64,000 nt of DNA, taken from positions 15,439-79,438 of the forward strand of contig CAZKCA010000004.1 in NCBI GenBank assembly GCA_964551495.1. Direction: 5' to 3'. The translations under genes and the position numbers were made by a program. Position 1 is the stretch's first letter, and each line of letters starts with the position of its first letter. The notes beneath the pieces were generated by a model. It did not search any database. It saw only the letters and a list, made by a program, of their open reading frames with translations, and was not told the origin of the DNA. The DNA comes from an uncultured Candidatus Saccharibacteria bacterium. Its GTDB lineage: Bacteria > Patescibacteriota > Minisyncoccia > Phycocordibacterales > DATDWN01. Shown here one piece after another: positions 48,940 to 58,078 of the stretch.

Positions 48940-49233
48940 TTATCTACCGAACTGAGAAAACGGATTGTCTCTACCTTGAATTTCTTGACTCCTAGGTGAC
49001 CCCGGCTCACGAAGGCTTCTAAACAAAGGACTTGAAAAAACAGAGGCATTTATAACTGTCATATCAAATGTTTCAGCTAATTGTATTATATCTTGTGTAG
49101 TCTGGTCAGCTTCCGAGGTTAATTGATCTGTTGGAACAGGCGCACTTTTAAAGAAAGAGTTGTATATTATAAACCCCGCTATTCCAAACATAAATATTGC
49201 TATTGTTGCTTTTTGTGTTTGTGATAATGCCAT
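48940..49233 (-). CDS. Small pilus-cluster protein (possible PilP-like), hypothetical.
   Basis: N-terminal TM. Lies between pilO and pilB. Confidence 0.35.
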   Translation of the reverse strand: MALSQTQKATIAIFMFGIAGFIIYNSFFKSAPVPTDQLTSEADQTTQDIIQLAETFDMTVINASVFSSPLFRSLREPGSPRSQEIQGRDNPFSQFGR

Positions 49234-49237
49234 ATGT

Positions 49238-49795
49238 TTAACGTAAAATATATGTGTTAGCTTCGACCGAAAAATTTAAGACTGATGAATTTTGATCATC
49301 ACTACCGGCAGATATAGAAACTGAATAAACATCTATAATCTGAACATTTGACTCCAGATCTTTCAAAAAACTTATAAACTGAGGATAGGTACTACTAATA
49401 TCAAAGGTTATTCTAACTTTTTTAAAGGGAGATAAGTTAGAATCTTCTAGTTGAGCCTGAGAACTATTTTCTTCTGGTATATTTGAATTAAAAGAATCTA
49501 TAGAGGTATTATATCTTGAAGCTAAATAATTCAAATCATTGACCAAACCTGGACCATCAAAAGTAGGAGGTACAACTTTTTTCATTTTCTCTATATCTTC
49601 TAATGATATAGAATTGTATTGACCAAGCAATTCCTCTCTTTTTTGAGATATATTTTTGGCTTTATCTAATACATCAGCATACTTATTTTTTTCTTCTCTG
49701 GTTAATTGCATTTCTGCATATAAAGGAGAAATATACATATAGTATGCAGCTATACATATGATGATTATAATAAATGGTGTTAAGGTTGATTTCAT
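49238..49795 (-). CDS. pilO: Type IV pilus assembly protein PilO-like.
   Basis: N-terminal TM followed by a coiled coil. Position downstream of pilN. Confidence 0.55.
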   Translation of the reverse strand: MKSTLTPFIIIIICIAAYYMYISPLYAEMQLTREEKNKYADVLDKAKNISQKREELLGQYNSISLEDIEKMKKVVPPTFDGPGLVNDLNYLASRYNTSIDSFNSNIPEENSSQAQLEDSNLSPFKKVRITFDISSTYPQFISFLKDLESNVQIIDVYSVSISAGSDDQNSSVLNFSVEANTYILR

Positions 49796-49799
49796 AATT

Positions 49800-50447
49800 T
49801 TATTCCTCTATTAATTCACTCTCATTAACTATGATTTCTGTATTCTCCGAAGAAACAATATTATCTACTAAATTTTTTTCATAAGATAATATACTTTTAT
49901 CTATTATGGCACTAAAATTAGCTTCTACCGCTCCCGATTCTGTTACGATAAAATCTGAAAACTCTGGGTTTATAATAAAACTTTGGTTTTTAAAAATTTC
50001 GGATTGTTGAGCAAAAGCTGCATAACTAGCACCTTGCATAACAATCTCTACTAAAACTTGACCACTTATTTCTGAATAAGAAAATTCAATGAACTGTATT
50101 GGTCTAACTGTTAATGATTGTAGAGAATCAAATAATGCAGATACAGATATGTGGTTTTGTAGTAACTGATTTGTTGATTTAATTGAGTTACTAAAATCAA
50201 TAAGTTCATTTATTGTTTCAGGCTCAAAAGCTTCTCTGGTGTCTGCTATATCCTGCTTCAATCTAACAATTTCATTGTTTAAATTATTTTTATAAAAATA
50301 CAAACCTCCCCAAGCTCCCAACGTAAGAATAAATAGGATAGTTGCTACAGTAGAAAACAAATTAAAAGATTTGACTCTTTTAAAAGAATCTTCTCTTGGA
50401 GATATTGTATTTTTAGGAATGAACGATGTTTGAAATTTAGGTTCCAT
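49800..50447 (-). CDS. pilN: Type IV pilus assembly protein PilN-like.
   Basis: Short cytoplasmic N-terminus, TM helix, coiled-coil. Position after pilM. Confidence 0.55.
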   Translation of the reverse strand: MEPKFQTSFIPKNTISPREDSFKRVKSFNLFSTVATILFILTLGAWGGLYFYKNNLNNEIVRLKQDIADTREAFEPETINELIDFSNSIKSTNQLLQNHISVSALFDSLQSLTVRPIQFIEFSYSEISGQVLVEIVMQGASYAAFAQQSEIFKNQSFIINPEFSDFIVTESGAVEANFSAIIDKSILSYEKNLVDNIVSSENTEIIVNESELIEE

Positions 50448-50491
50448 ACTTTACTAAATTATATTACACACAAAAACAAAATGCTATAAAG

Positions 50492-51622
50492 TTATTCCAC
50501 TTCCTGTAACTTTCTCAAGGCTAAACCAACAGCTACAGTAAATTGAGGACCTGTTTGTCTTAAAATATCTTCTAGAAAAGCCGGAGTGACAACTTTTGAA
50601 AAAGGATCTCCGCTTATAACCTCTGTCTGAAAGCTTTTTTGAGCAACATCTTTTATACCAATCAAAGCACTTCCCCCTCCTACCAAAAATATCTTGCTTA
50701 CATTTTTACTGTATTTTTTTTCATAAGCCAGAACAACCCGATTTGCTTCTGAAAATATATAATCTAAAGTCACAGTAATAACATCTTTTATCCCCATATT
50801 TTCTGGAGAAAGAGATAGGCCTTTTTCTCTCTTCATTATTTCAGCTTCAGCAAACGAAATACCTAATGCTTTAGATAAAGCCTGAGTTATATTATAAGAC
50901 CCATTGTTTATCGTATGAGAAGCTCTAAGTATCCCCTTTTCTACTATATAAATTTTAGTCGTCATTGCCCCCATATCCAAAATCATCACAGGAGTAACAT
51001 CTTGATCCAAAACAGACCTCATTGTACTAAATATTTCTATTTCAAAAAAATCAGCCTGCAAACCACTTTGAGTAGTTATTTTTTTATATTTTTCTATAGT
51101 TGAATTATGCAAAGCCACAACCAATACCTCTAATCTTGGTGGTATTGGTCTACCATCTAGACCCATTTTTTGATTTGGATCTGATTCAGGATTTTTATCT
51201 TGTGGAATCAGTGACCAATCTATAACAACTTCAGACATTGGAACCGGGATATACTTCCTGGCTTCAATAGGAACCATATTTGATAATTCTTTAATTGGAA
51301 CCACTGGAAAATCTATAACAGAAACTAAACTGGAGGCAAAAGGGATTGAGAGTCCAGCAACTCTTGATGTTATATTTACTTCTTTTTCAACTAATAAATC
51401 ATTAATTGCCTCTATAACTTTGTCCAAAGGAAGATTTGTTGCCTCTCCTACACTACCTTTTGCATAAGGACCCAAGGAAAGCTCTCCATAAGTCTCTAAG
51501 ATAGCCCTTCCGTTTTTTCTAGAAAGTTGCACAACTTTCAATGAAGATGTACCAATATCTAGACCAATAACACTTGGACTCTGCCTATTAAAAAGCTTGG
51601 TGAAAAAATTCGCCATATTCAT
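50492..51622 (-). CDS. pilM: Type IV pilus assembly ATPase-fold protein PilM.
   Basis: Actin-like fold with SVIGLDIGTSSLKVVQL N-terminal phosphate-1 motif, 376 aa. Confidence 0.75.
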   Translation of the reverse strand: MNMANFFTKLFNRQSPSVIGLDIGTSSLKVVQLSRKNGRAILETYGELSLGPYAKGSVGEATNLPLDKVIEAINDLLVEKEVNITSRVAGLSIPFASSLVSVIDFPVVPIKELSNMVPIEARKYIPVPMSEVVIDWSLIPQDKNPESDPNQKMGLDGRPIPPRLEVLVVALHNSTIEKYKKITTQSGLQADFFEIEIFSTMRSVLDQDVTPVMILDMGAMTTKIYIVEKGILRASHTINNGSYNITQALSKALGISFAEAEIMKREKGLSLSPENMGIKDVITVTLDYIFSEANRVVLAYEKKYSKNVSKIFLVGGGSALIGIKDVAQKSFQTEVISGDPFSKVVTPAFLEDILRQTGPQFTVAVGLALRKLQEVE

Positions 51623-51646
51623 TAATTAGTATACCACAGCATATGG

Positions 51647-52318
51647 TTGTATAATATATATATGTTGAAAAGTATAAAGGATTTTGTATCCAAAGTACTA
51701 GATTCAATCTTCCCAAATAGGTCAGATTTCCAAAAAATAAACTCCTTATCAACAGAAGACATAAACTCTCTACCTAAAGCAGAAAATTTGGAAAAATTTG
51801 ATTGGATTTTTTCTATTTTTAAATACAAAAATGAAATCGTTCGATCGATAATCTGGGAACTTAAATATAGGCAAAATACAAAACCAATAGAATACATAGG
51901 TAAGATAATGTATGACTCGATAATAGCTCAAATATCAGATATGCTTATATTCGACAATGATGCTATTTTTACAATAATACCCGTCCCCATGTATCCCCTA
52001 CGAAAATTTGAAAGAGGTTTTAACCAAAGCGAAATAATAGCAAAAGCAATAATAGCAAATGATAATGAAAGAAAGCTTTTATATGCACCTCAATGGTTAG
52101 AAAAAATAAAAGATACCCAAAAACAAAGTAGAAGTGAAAGTAAAGAAGAAAGATTAAAAAACCTAAAAGATTGTTTTAGGGCAAATCCTAAGGTTAATAA
52201 TTACTATGTTTTTTTAATAGATGACGTAACAACAACTGGTAGTACCCTAATTGAAGCCAAAAAAACCCTGATGGAAGCTGGTGCAAAAGATGTTTTTGGA
52301 TTTACCATAGCTCATTAA
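51647..52318 (+). CDS. comFC: ComF family phosphoribosyltransferase-domain protein (competence protein ComFC-like).
   Basis: C-terminal PRTase motif VFLIDDVTTTGSTLIEAKKTL. The true start may be an internal Met. Confidence 0.65.
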   Translation: MYNIYMLKSIKDFVSKVLDSIFPNRSDFQKINSLSTEDINSLPKAENLEKFDWIFSIFKYKNEIVRSIIWELKYRQNTKPIEYIGKIMYDSIIAQISDMLIFDNDAIFTIIPVPMYPLRKFERGFNQSEIIAKAIIANDNERKLLYAPQWLEKIKDTQKQSRSESKEERLKNLKDCFRANPKVNNYYVFLIDDVTTTGSTLIEAKKTLMEAGAKDVFGFTIAH

Positions 52319-52416
52319 TATGATAATCTGTTACCTATTGGAGAGTTGGCTTCAGCCCAAGGCTGATCCGCCTCGGGCGGAGAGTGGTCGAAAACTTTTC
52401 TAACATTAATAGTCAT

Positions 52417-52662
52417 ATGTATTATGTATACATATTAAAAAGCAAAATAAATTCAAAACTATACAAAGGTTTAACTTCTGACTTGAAAAGAAGAGTTAAA
52501 GAACATTGTTCTGGAAATTCAAAATTTACTAGTGAAAATGGACCTTGGGAACTAGTTTATTATGAAGCTTTTAATAAAAAAGATGATGCGATAAGAGAAG
52601 AAAAGTTTTTAAAGTCAGGAAAAGGACGAGAAAGAATAAAATACTTGTTAAACATTAAATAA
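52417..52662 (+). CDS. GIY-YIG nuclease-domain protein (UPF0213/YhbQ-like), paralog of 29828-30094.
   Basis: From internal Met: MYYVYILKSKINSKLYKGLTSDLKRRVKEH...YYEAF. Ends 4 nt before tRNA-Ser. Confidence 0.65.
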   Translation: MYYVYILKSKINSKLYKGLTSDLKRRVKEHCSGNSKFTSENGPWELVYYEAFNKKDDAIREEKFLKSGKGRERIKYLLNIK

Positions 52663-52666
52663 TTAT

Positions 52667-52753
52667 GGAGACGTGGCTGAGTGGTCGAAAGCACCTCACT
52701 GCTAACGAGGCAGGGTCTAAAAGCCCTCCAGGGTTCGAATCCCTGCGTCTCCG
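52667..52753 (+). tRNA. tRNA-Ser(GCU), class II with long variable arm.
   Basis: GGAGACG-TG-GCTGAGTGGTCGAAAGC...loop CTGCTAA...variable CAGGGTCTAAAAGCCCTCC-AGGG-TTCGAAT-CCCTG-CGTCTCC-G. Confidence 0.75.
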
Positions 52754-52755
52754 CA

Positions 52756-52911
52756 GGAGAAATTTAACAAAGTTAAATTTAGTAGAGCAGGTTTTGTAAT
52801 CAAAACCGTCGCGAGGATTCGAAGCCCGATTGAGGTATTTTATGAGCTTACGAAATAAAATACCCAATTGGGGTACTGAAACTGTAAGTTTCGAATCCCT
52901 GCGTCTCCGCA
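52756..52911 (+). repeat. tRNA-abutting structured element, copy B.
   Basis: Hairpin gguauuuuau-GAGCUUACGA-aauaaaauacc (compensatory to copy A). Module UACUGA-aac-UGUAA-guu-UCGAAUCC. Ends with cctgcgtctccgca, an exact copy of the tRNA-Ser 3' end. Confidence 0.55.
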
Positions 52912-53087
52912 ACAGCAGATTGAGTTGAGTACATCTCAACAAAATCTGATGTCGGTAGAAGTTAGGGATGAGAAAGACGGAGGCGGTATACAAGCGAGCA
53001 AAGCGAGGCTTGTCGCCGAGTCGGGGTCGAAAGTTCTTATGAGCGGAGCGAATTAGAAACTTGTGACCGAATCCCTGCGTCTCCGCC
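52912..53087 (+). repeat. tRNA-abutting structured element, copy C (divergent), in tandem with B.
   Basis: GC-richer. Hairpin aaguucuuau-GAGCGGAGCGA-auuagaaacuu. Ends with gaatccctgcgtctccgcc, a third copy of the tRNA-Ser 3' end. Confidence 0.45.
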
Positions 53088-53093
53088 AAAAAT

Positions 53094-53114
53094 AAAACAC
53101 CCTAAGGGTGTTTT
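53094..53114. terminator. Bidirectional intrinsic terminator (aaaacaccc-taa-gggtgtttt).
   Basis: 9-bp stem with an A-run and a T-run. Lies between element C and the end of the protease gene. Confidence 0.65.
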
Positions 53115-53124
53115 ATTTTTTCTA

Positions 53125-55623
53125 TTATCTATTTTTTCCACCTCCTCCCCCAGAATCTGCCGCATTTTTAATAATAGAAACGGATGTTTCAGATGAATTT
53201 GAGACCGGACCAGCTTTATCAAAAGCTTCAACTTTTATGGTGTGTGTTCCTGCAGATAAGTTATTTGCAGATACACTAGCATCACACCTTGTTGTGTTGT
53301 AACAATTTTTCAAAACAACATCATTTAATTTAACTACAATTTGAGATATTCCACTAGAATCCGAAGCCGTTGAGCTTATGCTTACCTTTCCTCTAGATAC
53401 AGTTGTTCCATTTGTAGGTTTGCTTATTTTTACAACAGGAGGAGTGACATCTGAAGTCTGAACACTAATAGATGCAGATGCAGATGTTTTGTAACTAGTA
53501 AATGAGCTATTTTGGGCTGTTTGAGTGATTGTGTAAGACGTCCCTGTTAAAGTAGTAGGAAGAGTAACTATCAAAGATCCTGTTATGGATTGACCGCTAG
53601 CCAAAGAATGACTTATTGAGCTAGGTGTCTGTGTAAATCCGGAAGGTAAAGTAGGTATTACAGAATATGTCTGATTTGGACAATTTGAAGAATTGTTATT
53701 TTTAAGTGTATAACTAAATGATGTGGATTGGCCGGCAAAAAGAGAAGCTGAGGTAGGTGTCATGGTAAAAGAAGGATTTGTCTGAGTGCATGGCAATTCA
53801 CCAAAAGTTACATTTACAGTTGCCCCAGTAGTAGCAACAGCAACATTTGTAATACTTATAGACTTTGATGAGTCTGTAAATGTCCTACCTACTGCCAAAG
53901 GAGCATCGTCAAATACACTTGTACTAGGAACAGTATCTATCAACTTACTTTTATCAACAACATTGTAATCTGAAGCAATTCTTATTATTAATCCATTTGT
54001 AGCATAAGAACTGATATTTGCATCAAAACCTATTGGTTGACGGAATTCAACATAATAATAATCAAGAGGTTTACCATCTGATCCAATGTTTCTTGGGATC
54101 CTAAGAGATTGTATCCCTGATGAAGAAGATTCAATTGGAACCAAAGTATAATTACCACCAGAGTTTCTATCTAAAGTTTTTGTGTTTGTTGAATTTAGCC
54201 AATTTAAAGAATAGACGGTAGTTCCTTTATTATAGTTGCTCATATGTTTCCAACTACTAGATCTACCCATTACATTATACATATCTCCATACTCACCTAA
54301 GCTACAATTATAATTTTCACTTATAGAAACAGGAACACCTCCTTCAGTACAAGACCAGGAACTTGCATGATGAGCACCTAAATTGTGTCCTATTTCGTGC
54401 ATTATAGTACCCTGTGCAGTGGTATTTATCCATGAAGAAGCAGGTGCTCCTCCAATATTTCCTAACCCAGACCAACCGCAAGAAGACAGGTATGGAAATA
54501 TATACATTTTCATATCATAACCAGTCAAATCTACGCCAGAATTTCTTAATTGAGTATCAGCTGCATTGGACCATGTTCTATACATTGAACTACAGCTAGT
54601 ATTATCGTAAGGAATTGTTACATAACCATAAACATCACCATCAGTATTGTTTTTACCTACCAAATCCATTTTACCGAAAGAATTTTCTCTATAATATGCT
54701 CTAGCTGAATTTGGATTTGTAAAAATAGTAGCCCTCGCACTATCTACTGTAAATGATGTCCTAGTATCATTCTGCCAATTGATAAGTATAACTGCCAACT
54801 TCTTTTTTACAGGTGTTGTAGTTTGAGCTTCTGCCTTATTTAACTTAAACAAACTAGATATTTTTGAAAAAAATTTCTCTAATTTAGAGTCTTTTTGATT
54901 AACAGAGACACCTTTACTTCTGTTAGGAGAAGATATCAAATTTATTAAGTTTTCACTTGTTGCAATATTATCATCCAAAACAACACCATCTATAGTTACA
55001 AGATCATCAGTCATAAGGTTTGGCTCACCTTTCATATAAACTTTATATCTTTTATTTGTTTTCTCTTCAGTCAAATAAAATTCATCTACAGAAAATCCTG
55101 TGTCATAATCCCCATAGTGGACAACTAGGTACTCGAATTTTCCTGAAACCTTTTTCCTTTCTTCCAAATTTTTTATTGCATCAGCTGACCCTCCCTTAAC
55201 AACATTTGATGACAAAGTATTACTCAATACATAATCCGGGTCATTTTTCATCTTGTCCAATACCAAGTCTTTCCTTAGCAGGACATACTCATTTATTCTT
55301 TTGGCTGCAACTGGTTTTTTATTAGCAGGGGCTAATTTTACTTCATTGACTAAATTTAATATGACAACATTATAATCCTCAATTTTCTTAAAAGGAGGAA
55401 CTGTTATATTTTCATCTGAAGTTTCTTCGGTTGCTATAACATTAGCAAGAAGATTCCTTTCCTCATATAAAGATCCTATGTCTATAGCGTAGAGTAATAC
55501 AAAAGATAATAATGTTGATGTAATCAAAAACAAACCCCAGTGAACTTTATTGTAATTTTCATTATTATGAATACTTGAATAAAGTTTGCTAGATTCTAAT
55601 AATTTATTGTGGATTTTTTTCAT
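53125..55623 (-). CDS. Membrane-anchored secreted metzincin zinc metalloprotease with C-terminal Ig-like Ser/Thr-rich repeats.
   Basis: HEIGHNLGAHH (HExxHxxGxxH), N-terminal TM, 832 aa, C-terminal GGGGGKNR. Confidence 0.6.
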   Translation of the reverse strand: MKKIHNKLLESSKLYSSIHNNENYNKVHWGLFLITSTLLSFVLLYAIDIGSLYEERNLLANVIATEETSDENITVPPFKKIEDYNVVILNLVNEVKLAPANKKPVAAKRINEYVLLRKDLVLDKMKNDPDYVLSNTLSSNVVKGGSADAIKNLEERKKVSGKFEYLVVHYGDYDTGFSVDEFYLTEEKTNKRYKVYMKGEPNLMTDDLVTIDGVVLDDNIATSENLINLISSPNRSKGVSVNQKDSKLEKFFSKISSLFKLNKAEAQTTTPVKKKLAVILINWQNDTRTSFTVDSARATIFTNPNSARAYYRENSFGKMDLVGKNNTDGDVYGYVTIPYDNTSCSSMYRTWSNAADTQLRNSGVDLTGYDMKMYIFPYLSSCGWSGLGNIGGAPASSWINTTAQGTIMHEIGHNLGAHHASSWSCTEGGVPVSISENYNCSLGEYGDMYNVMGRSSSWKHMSNYNKGTTVYSLNWLNSTNTKTLDRNSGGNYTLVPIESSSSGIQSLRIPRNIGSDGKPLDYYYVEFRQPIGFDANISSYATNGLIIRIASDYNVVDKSKLIDTVPSTSVFDDAPLAVGRTFTDSSKSISITNVAVATTGATVNVTFGELPCTQTNPSFTMTPTSASLFAGQSTSFSYTLKNNNSSNCPNQTYSVIPTLPSGFTQTPSSISHSLASGQSITGSLIVTLPTTLTGTSYTITQTAQNSSFTSYKTSASASISVQTSDVTPPVVKISKPTNGTTVSRGKVSISSTASDSSGISQIVVKLNDVVLKNCYNTTRCDASVSANNLSAGTHTIKVEAFDKAGPVSNSSETSVSIIKNAADSGGGGGKNR

Positions 55624-55742
55624 GTTATTATATTAATAATACCTTTTGGTTAATTATATACCTTTTTGAATGTATTAATAAAACCTATACACAGTTCACA
55701 GCAAAGTTAGACAAACTTTCTCATTTTTCATACAATTAGTAT

Positions 55743-56348
55743 ATGAAAAATCCTATGTTTATCTTATTTATATTTATTTTAATAGTTATTGTTATTTCAG
55801 CCTTCTTCTTTTTTGGACAAACAAAAACTGCATCCTTAACAAATGAACCCATGAAAGAAGTTAGCCCAAACACACCTTTTGAAATGTCCCCTGGAGAAAC
55901 GGCAAAAATGGGAGAATTAACCTTGACCTATAATAACCTTCAACTTCCTCCCCCATCTTTCCAAGGCAATAAAGATGAATACACATATCCTCAATTTACA
56001 GCCTTAGAAAAAGAAGATAAATACAGATTTGCCCTAAGCTCACAGTTTAACTCACAATACTATCATGATTACCTTATTAGACTTCTAGAAAGAGATGGAG
56101 AAAAAATAAAAGTAACAATTGAAAAAGCCCCATCAACAAACAAGATACCTGAATATGTTGCTGTTAAAAAAGCTTTGGAGGTAGCAAAAGAAGCTAACGC
56201 TCCGATGCCAGAAGCAAGATTAAGAATTTTGGAGAAAAACGTTTGGAAAATTGAAATGTCACTTGGTCCAACAGATTCATATATGATGGTAGAAATAGAT
56301 GCTATTACAGGTGAAGTTATAAAATCTGAAAGACAAAACAGAGTATAG
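55743..56348 (+). CDS. PepSY-domain membrane-anchored protein.
   Basis: N-terminal TM. C-terminal WKIEMSLGPTDSYMMVEIDAITGEVIKSE is typical of PepSY. Confidence 0.55.
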   Translation: MKNPMFILFIFILIVIVISAFFFFGQTKTASLTNEPMKEVSPNTPFEMSPGETAKMGELTLTYNNLQLPPPSFQGNKDEYTYPQFTALEKEDKYRFALSSQFNSQYYHDYLIRLLERDGEKIKVTIEKAPSTNKIPEYVAVKKALEVAKEANAPMPEARLRILEKNVWKIEMSLGPTDSYMMVEIDAITGEVIKSERQNRV

Positions 56349-56352
56349 AAAA

Positions 56353-56377
56353 AGCGACGGCCTCCCGTCGCTTTTTA
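56353..56377 (+). terminator. Intrinsic terminator (gcgacgg-cctc-ccgtcgc plus TTTTT).
   Basis: Seen directly after the PepSY gene stop. Confidence 0.7.
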
Positions 56378-56555
56378 GTTTACTTTGTTTGTTTATTTTC
56401 TGGAGGTGACACCTCCTCTTTTGGTTTTTCCTGTTCTTTTCTCCAAGGACACCTTGGGCGACGCCTTGGTTTGTGATTTTGAGACAAAAAACACCCCTTT
56501 CCTCTAAAATTCTAACACAAAATAAATAAAATAAAATCTGATATAATAGCCCAGT

Positions 56556-57755
56556 ATGAAAAAAGACATAAAAACCATTATCACCTCAGAGGAAAGAAGA
56601 CAAAATGAAACAATAAATCTAATTGCCTCTGAAAACTACCCTAGCAAAGAAGTAAGGAGTCTTTCTGCTTCTATTTTTTCTTCAAAATACGCTGAAGGAT
56701 ACCCAGGAAAAAGGTACTACGCAGGTTGTCAAAATATAGATGAGATGGAAATACTTGCAATTGAACTGACTAAAAAAGTTTTTAAAGTAAAGTTTGCCAA
56801 TGTTCAACCTCACTCAGGTAGCAATGCAAATTTAGCTGCCTATTTTTCAATCTTAGAACAAGGAGATAAAATATTGGCTCCTAGACTTGATTGTGGAGGA
56901 CATTTAACTCATGGTTCCCCTGCCAGTATAACCTCAAAAATCTGGAAATTTGAACATTATGGAGTAAATGAAGAAGGTCTTTTTGATTATGAAAATATAC
57001 TAAAACTAGCTAAAAAATTTAAACCAAAACTAATAATAGCTGGGACAAGTGCCTACCCGATTTCTATTGATTGGAAAAGATTTAGACAAATAGCTGATCA
57101 CGTTGGAGCATTCCTTTTGGCAGATATAGCTCACCTATCAGGATTAATAGCTGGAGGTAAACATAAAAACCCTAGTCAGTTTGCCGACATTATAACAACA
57201 ACAACCCAAAAAACTCTTCGTGGTCCCCGTGGAGGAATAATAATGACAAATAAAGAAGACTTGGCTAAAAAAATAGACCGCACTATATTCCCCAAACTTC
57301 AGGGTGGACCGCATATGCACACCATTTCGGCAAAAGCCCAATCTTTGAAAGAAGTGGATTCAAACCAGTTTAAAAAATACATAGACCAAGTAATAAAAAA
57401 TTCAAAAACAATACATAATGAACTAAAAGATCTAGGTTGTGTTATGTGGTCTAGCAAAACAGAAACTCATTTAACAAACGTAAACACAATAAAATCATTT
57501 GGGATCTCAGGTAGAGAAGCTGAAGAAAGATTAGAAAAAATGGGAATAATAGTAAACCGTGAAGCGTTCCCTTATGACAAAACACCTCCAACAGAAACTT
57601 CTGGAATAAGAATAGGTACCCCGGCTATGACCACAAGAGGAATGAAAGAAAAAGAAATGAAAATAGTAGCCAAATTAATATTTGATATACTTAAAGGTGG
57701 AGAAAATAAGAGTAAAGAAGTTATAAAACTGGCCAAAAAATTCCCTTTGAAATAA
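56556..57755 (+). CDS. glyA: Serine hydroxymethyltransferase.
   Basis: NLIASENY, GYPGKRYYAGC, HLTHGSP, PLP-lysine region TTTTQKTLRGPRGG, 399 aa. Confidence 0.9.
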   Translation: MKKDIKTIITSEERRQNETINLIASENYPSKEVRSLSASIFSSKYAEGYPGKRYYAGCQNIDEMEILAIELTKKVFKVKFANVQPHSGSNANLAAYFSILEQGDKILAPRLDCGGHLTHGSPASITSKIWKFEHYGVNEEGLFDYENILKLAKKFKPKLIIAGTSAYPISIDWKRFRQIADHVGAFLLADIAHLSGLIAGGKHKNPSQFADIITTTTQKTLRGPRGGIIMTNKEDLAKKIDRTIFPKLQGGPHMHTISAKAQSLKEVDSNQFKKYIDQVIKNSKTIHNELKDLGCVMWSSKTETHLTNVNTIKSFGISGREAEERLEKMGIIVNREAFPYDKTPPTETSGIRIGTPAMTTRGMKEKEMKIVAKLIFDILKGGENKSKEVIKLAKKFPLK

Positions 57756-57779
57756 ATTAAAATATAGTAAAATAAAAAA

Positions 57780-58022
57780 ATGAAAAAAATAATAATACTT
57801 ATAATAATATTATTAGCCTTGTGGGGAGGTTATGAATATTTTACAAAAGATAGCTCACCTGTTAGCGAAATACCAAGTAGAACAGATGAAATAATGTGTA
57901 CCATGGACGCTAGAATGTGCCCAGATGGTTCTTATGTAGGGAGACAGGGTCCAGATTGTCAATTCCAACTATGTCCAGATGGAAGTGATGTAAATGACCA
58001 AAATCCAGAAATTGTGCAGTAA
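57780..58022 (+). CDS. Small secreted Cys-rich protein (80 aa).
   Basis: N-terminal TM/signal. CTMDARMCPDGSY...CQFQLCPDGS repeated CPDGS motif. Followed by a terminator. Confidence 0.45.
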   Translation: MKKIIILIIILLALWGGYEYFTKDSSPVSEIPSRTDEIMCTMDARMCPDGSYVGRQGPDCQFQLCPDGSDVNDQNPEIVQ

Positions 58023-58030
58023 ATAAAATA

Positions 58031-58057
58031 AAGACCCTTAAGGGTCTTTATTTTATT
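58031..58057 (+). terminator. Intrinsic terminator (aagaccctt/aagggtctt plus T-run).
   Basis: Seen directly. Confidence 0.7.
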
Positions 58058-58078
58058 TTTATAGTAGAATAACAGATT

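Noticed and set aside
52330-52385. 12-nt match to the tRNA-Ser D-loop (gagtggtcgaaa) plus GC hairpins between comFC and the GIY-YIG gene.
   Set aside because: Too short to call a tRNA fragment with confidence. Mentioned only as context in the tRNA-Ser finding.
52655-53089. Minus-strand 144-aa ORF in the track.
   Set aside because: It covers tRNA-Ser and both tRNA-abutting elements. Arg-rich translation typical of antisense to structured RNA. Not a gene.
56390-56520. Possible TTG-initiated 35-aa basic ORF (SQNHKPRRRPRCPWRK...) and palindromes ggaggtg-aca-cctcc and ccaagg-acac-cttgg upstream of glyA.
   Set aside because: No ATG start, no SD. More likely a structured 5' region or terminator for the divergent PepSY gene. 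Insufficient evidence to call a gene.
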